Shown here piece after piece: positions 51,629 to 64,000 of a stretch of 64,000 nt of DNA (position 1 is the first letter of the stretch; each line of letters begins with the position of its first letter). The notes under the pieces are model-generated. The model did not search any database. It worked only from the letters and a program-made list of their open reading frames with translations, and was not told the DNA's origin. A program made the translations under genes and the position numbers. The stretch comes from the human T2T-CHM13v2.0 reference genome, Homo sapiens, in the NCBI RefSeq assembly GCF_009914755.1, contig NC_060943.1; one strand, 5' to 3'.

Positions 51629-52653
51629 AGTTTTAATATCTGCCCTTCATAGCCCAGTGGACTTGATCTAAAGCACTGGCCACTTTAGCTTACTTTTTCT
51701 GCTAATTGAACGAATTAACCATCCCATGGTTAAGGTATGAGAGTTTCTGAACATAAAATCAGCCCTGATTATTTGGAGTTGTGTTCCTTTGATCATTAGT
51801 AAGTTTGGACGTGCAAATTGGCAAGTGGTGCGGCTGGGGACTTTGCCAGCAAGCAAGATGTTTAAAATCATATCTCAATCTCATCTCCAATTTTGCCTTT
51901 ATCAAAATCCTCTGATTATAATCCAGTTGCACAGAGCACGAGACTGATGTGCATTAGGAATCCCATTGGCCCTGAAATCTCTAAAGCCTCTTTCTGTTTG
52001 GACTCCACACATGAACACATGCCATTTGCATGTTTCAAATATTGAGTGTCAGCTCCTTAAAAACCAGTCAGCAAATAAATGAACAGGAAAGAAAGATATG
52101 GATCTAGGCCTGGATATTATAGGTGATATGAATTTATGGCTGTGGCCAGATTGCCAGAGTCATCTAGGATTTAGCACAGTTGTCAGCAGCAGGTTAGCTC
52201 ACAGGGAGTCTTCTGGAGTCTGGGATCCAGCCAAAGGCCAGCAAGACAACTAGGGAACAGAGGTGGAAAAATTGGCTAGCTCTGCTGATTGGTCAGATGC
52301 TTGGCCCCACCGCAAGTTAGTTTTGTTACTTTGAATGGATGATGCCGCTTCCTGCTGACTGAGCTCAGCCTGGTTCCTTTCTCCTGCTCCCTGCAAACTC
52401 CATTAACTGCTGGAGGCTGAGACTGAGGCCTGGGCCTCTCCTTGGACCAAACCTGCATGTGCTCCTGGTGATACATGAAACAGGAGAAGTGGGGTGGAGG
52501 TGCAGAAAGTGAAGAGTCCTAGACGTCAAGTGGAAACTTGGTGCCAATTACCTTCTTTTTTTTTTCCTGCCACATCCACCAAAGCCAGGAAATTCCTTTC
52601 TTTGTGGAATCTGCTTTTCCAATGGAGTTTCCCATATGATTAAACACTTTGAT

Positions 52654-52681
<28 letters not shown>

Positions 52682-52684
<3 letters not shown>

Positions 52685-52986
52685 TGTTTGTTTTGTTTTG
52701 TTTTTGATGGAGTCTCACTCTGTTGCCCAGGCTGGAGTACAGTGGCACAATCTTGGCTCACTGAAACCTCCACCTCCTAGGTTCAAGTGATTCTCCTTCC
52801 TCAGCCTCCCGAGTAGCTGGGAGTACAGGCGCACGCCATCACACTTGGCTAATTTTTTGTATTTTTAGTAGAGATGGGGTTTTGCCATGCTGGCCAGGCT
52901 GGTCTCAAACTCCTGACCTCAGGTGATCCACCCACCTCGGCCTCCCAAAGTGTTGGGATTACAGGCGTGAGCCACTGCACCCGACC
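52682..52986 (-). mobile_element. Alu (AluSx-like), full length, part of a larger TSD-bounded insertion (52558-52986)
   Basis: (GTTTT)n tail, both arms, 5' end at 52986; TSD CAATTACCTTCTT at 52545-52557 and 52987-52999. Confidence 0.95.
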
Positions 52987-55029
52987 CAATTACCTTCTTA
53001 TCCAGAGGAAAGGAAAATCTCCCAGTCAGTTGCCATCCTCTTGAAACCTGGAGGTGTCTGTTCTCTGTAACTGTTTCCCCTGCCTGTACCTATCATAGTG
53101 CTTACTGTATAACGAGTCCTCAATCATTGTTTACTTTTATCTTTTTCCAGGACTGATAAGTGTGTTGTGCTCAAAAATACTTAGAAAGAATTAAATAATC
53201 ACATAATCTCTGAGTGAAGAGGGACTTTGTAGGCAGCTATTGCCTGTCTTCCGTGATGTATTTAACTGGCTTCTAATGCAATTAATTCCATTGATGGGCA
53301 GCCGTGATGCTCAGATGCTCTTTATTATTCTGAGTGGAAACGTCCCTATTTTTTAGCAGAGTGAGGGGAGAAGGTGGCCCAGGCCTTGTAGACATATCCT
53401 TTACCCCCTTCTCCATCCTCTCTCATTACAGATGAGTCTTTGGCTCAGCAGAATGGGCCTAGGTGGAGCTTGAAATTAATGAAGAGATGCTGCTTCCAGC
53501 TTTTTGAGCAAGAAGAAGTTTGGCCTCCAGTTATTACACCTTGAGGTCAGCGGGTATCTCAAGTCTGAGTAGTTATAAAAGTGAGCTGATGTAGAAACAC
53601 CACCAAAGCAACGTTTTATCTAAATATTTCAGATCCCCCATTATAAATCATTTATTATGATTACCCTTTTGGTGTCATGGAATGAGATGATGAGCTTTTC
53701 TTAATGAAGTATTTCATAGACATATTTTTTCCATTTATCTTGGTGTTGGATGCTATGTGACCTGAATGGCAAATGAGGAAATATTTGTGCAACTCCTGAA
53801 ATGCACACATCTCCCCATGCCAGAGTGCAGGAGCGGACAGGGCTTTCCCTGGCAGCAATAGGAGCCCGGTCCTGAGTAGGGCCTCTCCAGCCTGACTGCA
53901 CCATAGCAGGTGACATCTGACTTGGGGTGTGCCATGTTCCCAGAGCTGCTTTTTTAAGGAGTTTGGTGGGAGCTGGAGGAAGCATCCACATCTTTAAAAA
54001 CAAACCTTAACTCGTGAGAAGAAAAGTGGTAAACATTCAAACACAATTTGAACTTTTAATTTAGCCTTGTGAGTTCATCTATATCCATTTCCAGGAAAGG
54101 TCATGGGCTGAGGTGGTGCTTCACTGAAATAAATGCACTTTGGAGTTGACAGTAACCAAGCAAGGCCAGGGACCCTGAGGAGACCCCTCCCCACACTTGC
54201 AATGATCAAACATGCTACATCTTAGAAATTGGATCTGCCGGTTTATGGCAACTTGACGTAAAATGTGTATCTCAGGTCAGGCTGATCTGATTTAAATATC
54301 TTAGTGTTAGGCATTCTCTATCTGACATTGTGAAAACGCATATAATGGAACCAAGATTAGAATATCAAGATGACAAGAAGGATTGTACCTTGAAGACAGT
54401 AAAAGTCACTTGCATTCTGGGGTTACACATTTAATTTAAAATAGTTTTATTCCCTGTTCCTAGGGTCCTTGTAACTCTCTCCTCTGCTATATTTATATTA
54501 AATAAATAATTTTAAATGAGTCAAAGTGTCTTGCTCCTTGGCCCACTATAGAATGTCAGTGTTCCTTTTCAATATTTCTACTTCTTAGATCCTGCCTTCA
54601 CCACAATGGGGGTTCATACAGGGTTGGAGTAGGTTGTTCTTCTCACCAAGTTCCCAAGCCCACATAAAATGGCAGCATCATATTTCACCGGACCCAGCTC
54701 TGCAGAAAGTAGTGGAAAAAAAAGTCTGTGATGGACTTAGGACCCAAGGAGGCAAAACAGAGTTTGGCTTTTCCCTTAGGGCTCTGTATATGTCAAAGAG
54801 GACCACACATGGGCCAAGTGACGTGCATATTGTGCCTGGGTGATGCTGCCCCAGCTTCTACCCACCATGGATGGGACCAACAAATGCTTCCCAGCTGAGA
54901 GGCAGTCACAGTGCCAGGGTGATCACAAAATTGCCCAGTTGGATGAAGACTACCCAGAAACTGGAGGATAACCTCACCCACTCTCAGCTACCAGTAGGGT
55001 CAATAGTAAGCCAGAAGTGAAAGCTTTCT

Positions 55030-55310
55030 TTCCATTGCCTCTTACTTTGTTTCCCCATGTCACAGTCAGCTATACCTTCCTAAGCCATAACTCTGATCAT
55101 GCCCCCTGCCCCCGTTTCAGACCCTTCAGAAGCTTCACTTTGTCTCTGGAATGAACTGGAGCATCCGCTTCTCAGCCTCTGAGGCCCCACGTGCACTGCA
55201 CCCGCCCTTCCTCAGCCTCCCCATCACATGGCTCTTTCCAAACCCATGGGCTGAGCCTGCTCTCAGGGCCTCCATGTGCCACCCTCTGCTCAGCCTCAGA
55301 GTTTCCACGT
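55030..55310 (+). mobile_element. L2 fragment (interrupted by the MST LTR)
   Basis: CTCTGATCATGCCCCCTGCC...ACCCTTCAGAAGCTTCAC. Confidence 0.5.
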
Positions 55311-55311
55311 G

Positions 55312-55716
55312 TGTCTTAGCCTCCTGTTCTGTGCTGCAATAACAGAATACCTGAGACCGGGTGGTTTATAAATAATGGAAATATATTTCTTACAGTTCTG
55401 GAGGCTGGAAAATCTAAGATCAAAATGCCAACAGGTTTGGTGTCTGGTGAGGGCCCACTCTCCACTTCCAAGACGATGCCTTGAACACTGCATCCTCCAG
55501 CGTGGAGGAAACACAGTTCCTCACATGTCAGAAGAACAAAAGAGGAAAGAGAGAGCCCACTCTCAAAAGCCCTTTTGTTTAAGGTATTAAACCCACCATG
55601 AGGGAAGAGCCTACATGGCCTTACCACCTGTTAAAGGCTTCACCTCCCAAGACCATTACATTGGCAATTACATTTCAACGTAAGTTTTGGAGGAAAGAAA
55701 CATTTAAAACATAGAA
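55312..55716 (-). mobile_element. MST-family MaLR solo LTR
   Basis: TGTCTTAG...CAGTTCTGGAGGCTGGAAAATCTAAGATCAA...; TSD ACGTG / ACATG. Confidence 0.87.
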
Positions 55717-55872
55717 ACATGTGTTGTCCTCTCAGCCTGGAACCAGGTCCTCATTCTTGTCTTTGTCGTTCTAGATCAACCTTCAGGCCTCCACTTAAGC
55801 GAGTTCTGACGTCAGTGAATACTTCTGCAGCATGGAAGTGCCAGGACCCTCGTTGGCCCCTGATGGCCAAAT

Positions 55873-55918
55873 AGCCTCACTCTCCATTAGAAGAGAAAGC
55901 CTCACTCTCCATTAGAAG
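55873..55918. repeat. Short tandem duplication (period 25)
   Basis: AGCCTCACTCTCCATTAGAAG x2. Confidence 0.85.
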
Positions 55919-56431
55919 GCCAGGAGAGCGAAATCAGGGATTGCTTTCAAAACAAACAGTGTGGCAATAAAGAATTTCAGAAGAAAATAAAGAATTTACC
56001 ACTGTTCAGTCATGAACGCTCATAACAGGCTGGGGTGTAGGAACTGTAGTTGTCACAACCCCTTTTTTGATAGAGAAGGGAAATTGTCCAGAATTATGCA
56101 AAGCGTAAGTGGCCAAGCCAGCATTTGAACTGGGGCCCCCACTTTGCTGTGCTGTCTCTCACGCCTTCTGCAGGGAAGTGTCCTTGGATAACCTTCACCC
56201 ATCTTCATACCTCTCCCCTCCACCTAGGCCAGGACTACACGCTCTAATAGGCCCAGCTCCTTTTGCTTCATAATGCACAGTTTGCAATGTCCTAATCATC
56301 ATGACAATGACCGTTTCCAGTGCTTCTTGCCTGCTGAATGGTTAAGTTCTTGTGGGCAGAGGCTTGTCTGTTCTCCCCGCTATGCGTGTCCCATTGCTTG
56401 GCAGAGTCTCTGCCCTGCGGTCACTGACTAG

Positions 56432-56849
<418 letters not shown>

Positions 56850-57389
56850 TTGTCTGCACTTTTGAGTGGCTCCCTTGGCAGGGTTCTGTGCACGATGGCA
56901 GTGGGGAACAGAAGACAGGACTCCTGCCTCAGAGGGTGTCTGGGGGTATGGGAAGAGAGATGCTAACCCCACACAGTGGGCATGAGAGGCATCAGCTCTG
57001 CTCAGAGGGCCTCCCTGTGCACACCGAACTGCTGAGTCTTCTCTCTGAGGATCACACAGATGTGAGCAGAGCAGTGAGGAGGCACAGAAAAAAAGGGAAA
57101 ACAGGGTTCCTTCTGAGATTCTTTCTTGCTACACTGTTTGTTTTTAAAGCAATCCGTGATTTGGCTCTCCTGGCCTTCTAATAGAGAGTGAGGCTGTTTT
57201 GCTACAGTATGGGCTGTTGGGGGACAAATAAGCCATTTCTGTTTGCTAACATTAAAAGAAGCTTCCCTGCTGAGGAGGTGCTAATGCAGCTGGCAGAAGC
57301 TCTGTGATGGGCATGGTAGGTTAGCTATTAGGCTGCCAGGAGCAGGCAGCAATCTCCCTATTTAGACATTTCAGAGGAGGCCTTCCAGA

Positions 57390-57505
57390 GGCCCTGGGTT
57401 CAAATCCCAGTTCCACCTCTTCCTAGCTCTGTGAGCTTAGGGCGAATCTCTGTGTCCTCACAAACAAATAGTGGGAAATAACACTTTTCCCCATTGCATT
57501 TACAG
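57390..57505 (+). mobile_element. MIR fragment
   Basis: CCTGGGTTCAAATCCCAGTTCCACC..CTAGCTCTGTGAGCTTAGGGC. Confidence 0.7.
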
Positions 57506-57510
57506 GTAAG

Positions 57511-57905
57511 TGTGGTGGTTTGAATGTTTGTGTTCCTTTCAAAATTCATGCTGAAATTTAATAACCAGTCTAACAGGATTAAAAGTTGGGGTGCCCAGAA
57601 GAAGATGATTAAATTATGAGAGTGGAGCCCTCATGGATGGGATTAGGTGCCCTTATAAAAGGGACTGATAGAGGGAGTCTGTCCGCTTTGCACTTCTGCC
57701 CTCTGCCATATGAGGACAAAGCATTCCTCCCTTCAGAATGATGCAGCAGTCAGGAGGTCCCCTTTGAGGCAGACACTAGGCAGCCAACCTGCCAGGCTGT
57801 GGTCTTGGACTTCCTAGCCTCTAGAACCATGAGAAGTAAATGTGTATTTGTTAAATAAATAACCCAGTCTGTGGTATTTTGTTATAGCAGTTTATGAACT
57901 AGATA
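57511..57905 (+). mobile_element. MST-family (MSTC/D-like) solo LTR
   Basis: TGTGGTGGTTTGAATGTTTGTG...TTGGACTTCCTAGCCTCTAGAACCATGAG; TSD GTAAG / GCAAG. Confidence 0.85.
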
Positions 57906-58329
57906 GCAAGTTAACTGAGCCTGAACTTGGGAAACAGTTTAACACATGGTTCACTCATTCTCTTACTAACTTTCACCCACTGGGCTGAGCATTGAAGATA
58001 CGCTTGGTAGACACGAGGCAAATCTTACTTTAAGACAGTCTTCTTCTAGGACAGTTCAGATACCTATGAGGCCAGATTCTTCTTTTCACCCTTGCATAAG
58101 CCCTTTTGAGCAACTTGCTGGGTCCCAACTCCAATTCCTTTCTCTTGTGGAAGACACCTGGCATTTTCACTGGCGAGCATCCATCCTCCCTCTGCAATAC
58201 TTTCTTTTTTTAACTAGTGGAACTAAGGAAACATTACATTTTTTACGTCTCCAATTCATGTGCACAAACACGGCATCCATGGTGAAGGACACATTGTGGA
58301 TGCTTTTCTAAGTTCTTTCATATGACTGG

Positions 58330-58753
58330 TAATACATGGGGAAGACTGCTGGGCCCACGGTGGGCCTCCCTGCTCCCCTAGACTGAGCCACTCAAAGCAG
58401 ATCTCCACTTCTCTGCATCATTATAACAGCCTTTTAACTGATCTTTGGGCAAGTGACAGAGTCATGTCCTTCAAATTGGCAGAAATAACCGGAAAGTATT
58501 CTGTCTCTTCTACTGGAGGCTTCTTAGCTGGTGAATTGGAAACCTGGCACTCCTGGATGCCACCGTGTGACCAGAGCCAGCCTGAGAAAGAAGCCACAGA
58601 AGGAAGCAGAGGGAGAGATGGAGAGACGGCATTTGGGGTCCTGGCGTTAGACCCACCTCTCAATTTCACAGCTACATGAGCACCTAGATTGCCTTGTTTG
58701 ATTAGCTAGTTTCAGGCTGACATTTAACTTTTAACCCAAAGTGTCCTAATACA
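58330..58753 (+). mobile_element. Old MaLR LTR (MLT1J/K-like)
   Basis: CAGCCTGAGAAAGAAGCCAC..GAAGCAGAG...AACCCAAAGTGTCCTAATACA. Confidence 0.55.
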
Positions 58754-59244
58754 TCTTTTTCACTCATTCCTTTGTTGCTTAATTAGTAAGTTTTACCCTC
58801 TCTAAGAGTCTATCCTGGATGTATGTCAAAGTCGGGGGGATGAAGACACTGCCCTGCCTTTGGGGAACTTGTCTTCTTGTGGATAAGGCATGGTCAGGCC
58901 CCAATCAGCATAGCAGAAAGCACCATGAGTAAGTGTCCCGGGGCTAATGTAGAAAATAATGAATCTGGGAGGCCAAACAGGTGAATGGGTGAGAGTCTTT
59001 CAGACTGCGGAGTGAATGAGGGCCTGTGCAGGAGGTCACAGTGGAGCAGAGGCTCCTTCCAGAGCCCCCAGCTGGGCCAATTCAGTGCCTGTGCACTGCT
59101 CAACTGAGATGTTACCACATCCTCCTTCTCCCAGCCCTGGGATCCAGAAACCCAACACCCAGTAATTTCCAGGAATCTGATGGCAATCAGCTGGGCAAGG
59201 AATCACTCAGTTCCAGAAACAGGCAGCGTCAAAAAGGAGTTTCA

Positions 59245-59395
59245 GGCTGGGCACGGTGGCTCATGCCTATAATCCCAGCACTTTGGAGTGGGCAAGACCG
59301 GCAGATTACTTGAGCTCAGGAGTTTGAGACCAGCCTGGGCAACTCGGCAAGACTCCATCTCTACAAAAATTAGCCGGGCATGGTGGCTCATGTGT
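59245..59395 (+). mobile_element. 3'-truncated Alu (AluJ-like)
   Basis: Left arm, shortened linker and start of the right arm. Confidence 0.88.
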
Positions 59396-59759
59396 GAAGA
59401 TTCAGTGTTAGAATAGCAAGTTAAACTTTGATGGTAGTTCTGGATGTTTGCCTCCCACTTCTGCTCCAACAGGAAGGTAGTCAAGATTGCATGGGGCAGA
59501 CTTTGAATTAGACAGTAAGCTTTCTGAGGACAGGGCCAATTCCTTCTCCTTTCTCTCCTGTGTACCTAACATTAGGACATACACATGTGCATGCACTAAA
59601 AATATTTAATAAAGATTTGCTGACTCATTTTCTAAAAACCTCTTTGTGATATTTCTCAAAATATTATAAACCAGAGAAATATAGTAAACCAGAGATACGA
59701 AATGAAAAAGAAAATATACTTTCAGTGTATTTCCAGATGTGGATTGTTAGAAGAGAGAT

Positions 59760-60020
59760 CGTATAGCATATTGGTTCAGCATGGTGCCAGATGTTCTGGG
59801 TTTAAATTCTCACTTCTTCATTTACTTGATATGTGACCTTAGGCAAGTTACTACATCTCTCTCAGCCTACATTTCCCCCTTGCTAAGATGGGGACAGTCA
59901 ATAGGCCCTGTCCGGTGAAATTGCAGTGTGGATCATGAGGCAATGCGCAAAGTGCTGAGAGCAGCACCTGGCCCATGATAACCATCACGCATGTGTCAGT
60001 TGTTGCTGTCATTATTGCTA
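59760..60020 (+). mobile_element. MIR, near full length
   Basis: GTATAGCATATTGGTT...TGTGACCTTAGGCAAGTTAC...AAGTGCTGAGAGCAGCACCTGGC. Confidence 0.8.
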
Positions 60021-60149
60021 TTGAAAGGGAGAGAGAGAGTGTGTTATTAAAGATGGAACCCAGGAGCACCAAGATTCCATGTTCTAAATAACAGCTCTCA
60101 TAGACCTAGGGAAGCATTAATTCATAGAATGAAACTAGGAAGTCTCTCT

Positions 60150-60594
<445 letters not shown>

Positions 60595-61354
60595 CCTGCT
60601 TCTATTCTTAACTCTTGGGTCTGACTATTGACCAAACATGTATAGATGCAAAAGCCACACCTCCCAATGGAAATCTGGACCTAAATCCCATAGTGGGCTC
60701 TTCCCTAGGAGGGTGACATGCACAAGAGACAGACCAAGAAAAGCACCAGGGCTGCAGCAGGCGAGGGAGTAATTTCCAGCAGCAAATAAATCTGCCCATT
60801 GCCGAAGGTCATTCCCGCGTTCCCTTGGAAAATGTGCACTTTGTGTTTATGCAGCTTTGAGGCAATTATTTCACAAGAAAGAAAATCTCTTGATCACATT
60901 ACTTAATGTTTTCTAAGTGAACATTTGGTATTTAGCGGCTAAGCAAATTTACTTTTCTATAATGAACAGAGAGTGGATGATTGAAAAACATTTAATATAC
61001 TGAGGTGTGGGTACTGCTGTCTAAAGGATTACTTAACTCACAGTTTAAACTCTCATTTTTTTTTTGAAAAGCAAACAGATTTCCTTTATACTGGAGAGTT
61101 GGGGATTAACTGTTTTGTTCCCATTAAAATCTGACTAAATACATGAATTGTGTGTTTTTGCTTATGAGCTCTTGGGGGATATACGGATATACTTTTGTCA
61201 ATATTGAATAGCCTTACCATTTTGTCAGGATTTCCCATTGGTACATGCCTGCTGGATGGAGAGTCAGTTGGTAAGTGCTACTGATTTAGACAAAATCCTA
61301 GACTGCTAGAATTGCATTCAGGTTATAAGAGTTTTTAACATTGAGACTACATAA

Positions 61355-61760
61355 ATGCATATTAACATTGTATTCATGGAAAGCAACAGGAACAAACCAT
61401 GGTTCTCTTCACAACTAGCAAACAAAGAATTTATTCAAAGAGAATGGAGTGGGAAGAAGAGCTTGAACAACCAGGAAGGTGAAGGAACAGGGACAGGACA
61501 GCAGCGAGACTCTCAGCCGTCAAAAGTTTACGGACTTTCTGCGAGATTCACGTACAGTGACTTTAAGTCCTTGTGTCTCCTTGTTTTAAATTTCAAATTC
61601 ATAAGAGAGAAAGTTGGAGTGGCCCAGCTGGAGGCAGGTACTTGCCAATGAATTGATGAGCTAAGACCAGAGAGGCAGGGCCATGCAACTGTGTAATTGC
61701 TGGGGCCATTCCAAGGAGAGGAGTTGATTGTGAGTTAGGCAGCAATCCCCAACATGCATT
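61355..61760 (-). mobile_element. Very old MaLR LTR (MLT1M/N/O-like)
   Basis: AAGCAACAGGAAC...AAAGAATTTATT...TTCAAATTCATAAGAGAGAAAG..TGGCCCAGC. Confidence 0.4.
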
Positions 61761-61819
61761 CATTGAGCCAGGATGGAAATGTCAGCAAAAACCAAGTTGT
61801 TTTCCTTCTTTGACAGACA

Positions 61820-62170
61820 CTGTCAGTGTCTCATCAACCCCTCCCGCCCATCACCCTTCTGCACTCCCTATTCCAGGCACGCCCATGAGTCCCTGCTTGC
61901 TTCTTTCCTTGGAGATCAACATTTAGATTTCTCATCCCTCAGATGCAAAGACCCCAAGTGGCTTCTACATCAAGTCCCATAATTCCCCAGGGCAGTGAAG
62001 CCCCCAGTTCCCTAGTGGTCCCCAGCAGTAACCTGCTCCTTAGTGTCCTTCCTTTCTTCTTCCACTTCCCCATCCCCTACCTGTGCCATCTGGGATCACG
62101 TCCCAAGAAAACCACCTGCCCCCTAATCCTTGTTTCAGCATCTGCTCCTGAGAGAGTCCAGCCTAAGACA
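61820..62170 (+). mobile_element. ERVL LTR16-family LTR
   Basis: CTGGGATCACGTCCCAA..AACCACCTGC..AATCCTTGTTTCAG..TCTGC...CCTAAGACA. Confidence 0.65.
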
Positions 62171-62689
62171 CATTCTCTCTAGAGGCAAACACCAATGTGC
62201 TTATAACTGATGGCTGCTCTCTTTTAATGGACTTAACAGCAGCCTCACTGCAGAGGGAGTCTGGCCGTCCCCTGGTTTTCCAGCTTCAGCATGACTAGGG
62301 AAGGGTCTGGTGGTGAAGAAATGCCCGTGCGCCATGCCTGGCCAGGGAGAGGGTCACAATTTTTCTCGTTTGGAAAAAGGCTGACTGCGCTGCTCACAGC
62401 CAGTTTTCAGCTTAGCGTCAGCTTCGTGGATTGTTTTGGGTCTGTGGATGTTGCCTTTCCAACTGCATAATGAGCTGCTTGAAGCCAGGGATCACATCTT
62501 CCCTTCTGTTTGTTTCTCCCACTGTACAAAACAGAGGGGCGGATACACTGAAGATGCTCGGAAGAGATGTGTTGCTTAATTAAAGAACCGAAGGAGGAAC
62601 AGGCATAACCATTTCATTTTCTAGGCCGGGGGTGGGGGGCTCTGCTCGCGGAGTATGATGATGGTCCGTGGAGTTTTGAGTGGGCTGTT

Positions 62690-63112
62690 GCAGGCACCCT
62701 CAGAGACGTTCCCTTTTCCCTTTAGCACTCACTGTGTGCAAACCAAAGGCTTCTTACAGCAAATACCAGTGGCTCCACACTCAATCTTGCACACAGGGCA
62801 GACAACAAGAGCCAGGGAGTAAATGTACCTTGGAACAGCTCTCCACCAGCCACCACTGGGATATGGCGGGTGAGCACTCCAGCTTCTTTGCCCCGCGGCT
62901 AGAACAATTCTGAAACGTGTTTCACAGCATGCACCAAATCCAACAGGATTAAACTCCATTTTCCCGCAAGGCAAGCTGCTCTAACACACCCTGCATTGGT
63001 TTTCTTTCCTCTCCATCTCCCAGCTCCCTGCTCCTCACTCAGTGCTCCCTGGAGTCGCTCCTGGCCCCCACATCTTCATCACAAGGTCTGCTTCTGGTTT
63101 AATCTGAGATAA
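62690..63112 (+). mobile_element. ERVL LTR16C-like LTR
   Basis: CCAGCTTCTTTGCCCC..ACAATTCTGA...ACACCCTGCATTGG...GGTCTGCTTCTGG. Confidence 0.55.
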
Positions 63113-64000
63113 AGGGAAACTGGTTTCTGCAGGTGCGGAAAGTTCCTTCAGAGCCCAGGAAATGATTAAGGGAGACTTAGTGTCAGTATCCATTTACTTT
63201 AGGTTAAATTCATTTCCTATGTGGACCAATTTCTGATAGAAGCCTCTCCTTTTTTGTTGTTGATTTTGTTTGTTTTTCATCCTCCAGTACGTGCATGCTT
63301 CCCTTCATGCAGAACATTCTTTTACAAGACAGACAGTATTTCCCCAGGCTGGTGTAAATTATTATCGAACAATGAAGCTCCTTCTCTAGTCATCATTCCG
63401 GTGCCACCTGGCCAGGCTCAGATAAATGGCCTATTCTGGAGGTGCAGGAAACCGGATGAATCATGACGTTATCCCAGGAACATGGCAGCCCGGCAGCCGG
63501 GGGATGGAGTATCTGTTAAGTGTGGCCCCATGGAAGCTCCTGCAGGACAGAGCTTCACCATTATTAAAATCCATCCTATTGCCAAGTCCGGGAAACACTG
63601 TAGGCACAGGACCAGTGGCCCAGGTCTGGGTTTAGAAGATAACATTTTCCTCATGGCCTTTTTCCAAATACCTAAGTTTCATGATGAACAAGCCATCCAG
63701 AATCCAGTTAGTAGGGAAACAAGTGGCTTACGTTTCCTAATTTTACATTTAGTCTGTTGGTATTAAAACTCATGTGCTGAACTGGGCATTGCTGCTATTA
63801 ACCTCTTTCTCAAGTTGATATTAGATCAGTTTTCAAATGGAGACTCTATTTGGAGATGGTCTTGGATATGTTTAGGTTATTTTACAGCCACAAAGCCTCA
63901 AATGGCTTCACTTAACAGGAGTTCTTAAACTTTGGAGATAACTTTGAGATTTGATAAAAGGCTGGTCCGCTTCCCCCAGACCAATATCATTAGGTCCACA

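Overview
This is primate (human-like) non-coding genomic DNA, either intergenic or deep intronic; I could not identify the locus. I find no credible protein-coding exon, RNA gene or CRISPR array. Most of the longer ORFs derive from Alu, L1, LTR or tandem-repeat sequence; the rest show no recognisable protein family or exon structure. The window is a mosaic of Alu (J/S/Y), MIR, L2, L1 3' ends, MaLR, ERV1 and ERVL LTRs, hAT DNA-transposon fossils, microsatellites and three GC-rich minisatellites (32, 34 and 47/48 bp units). I see no evidence of a new biological system. The most notable observations are: (1) an Alu whose 13-bp TSD encloses about 115 nt of extra non-Alu 3' sequence plus a second poly(A), a candidate Alu-mediated 3' transduction (52545-52999); (2) an inverted pair of closely similar LTR8-family sequences about 1.9 kb apart; (3) a fold-back chimeric Alu with a TGATCA junction that appears to mark a deletion; (4) a ~70-bp direct repeat bracketing a 1.1-kb segment; (5) a young 47/48-bp VNTR with higher-order structure; (6) a near-perfect CTCF motif at about 37.1 kb. 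Subfamily names come from my recollection of consensus sequences and need RepeatMasker/Dfam confirmation. Boundaries of old elements are approximate.
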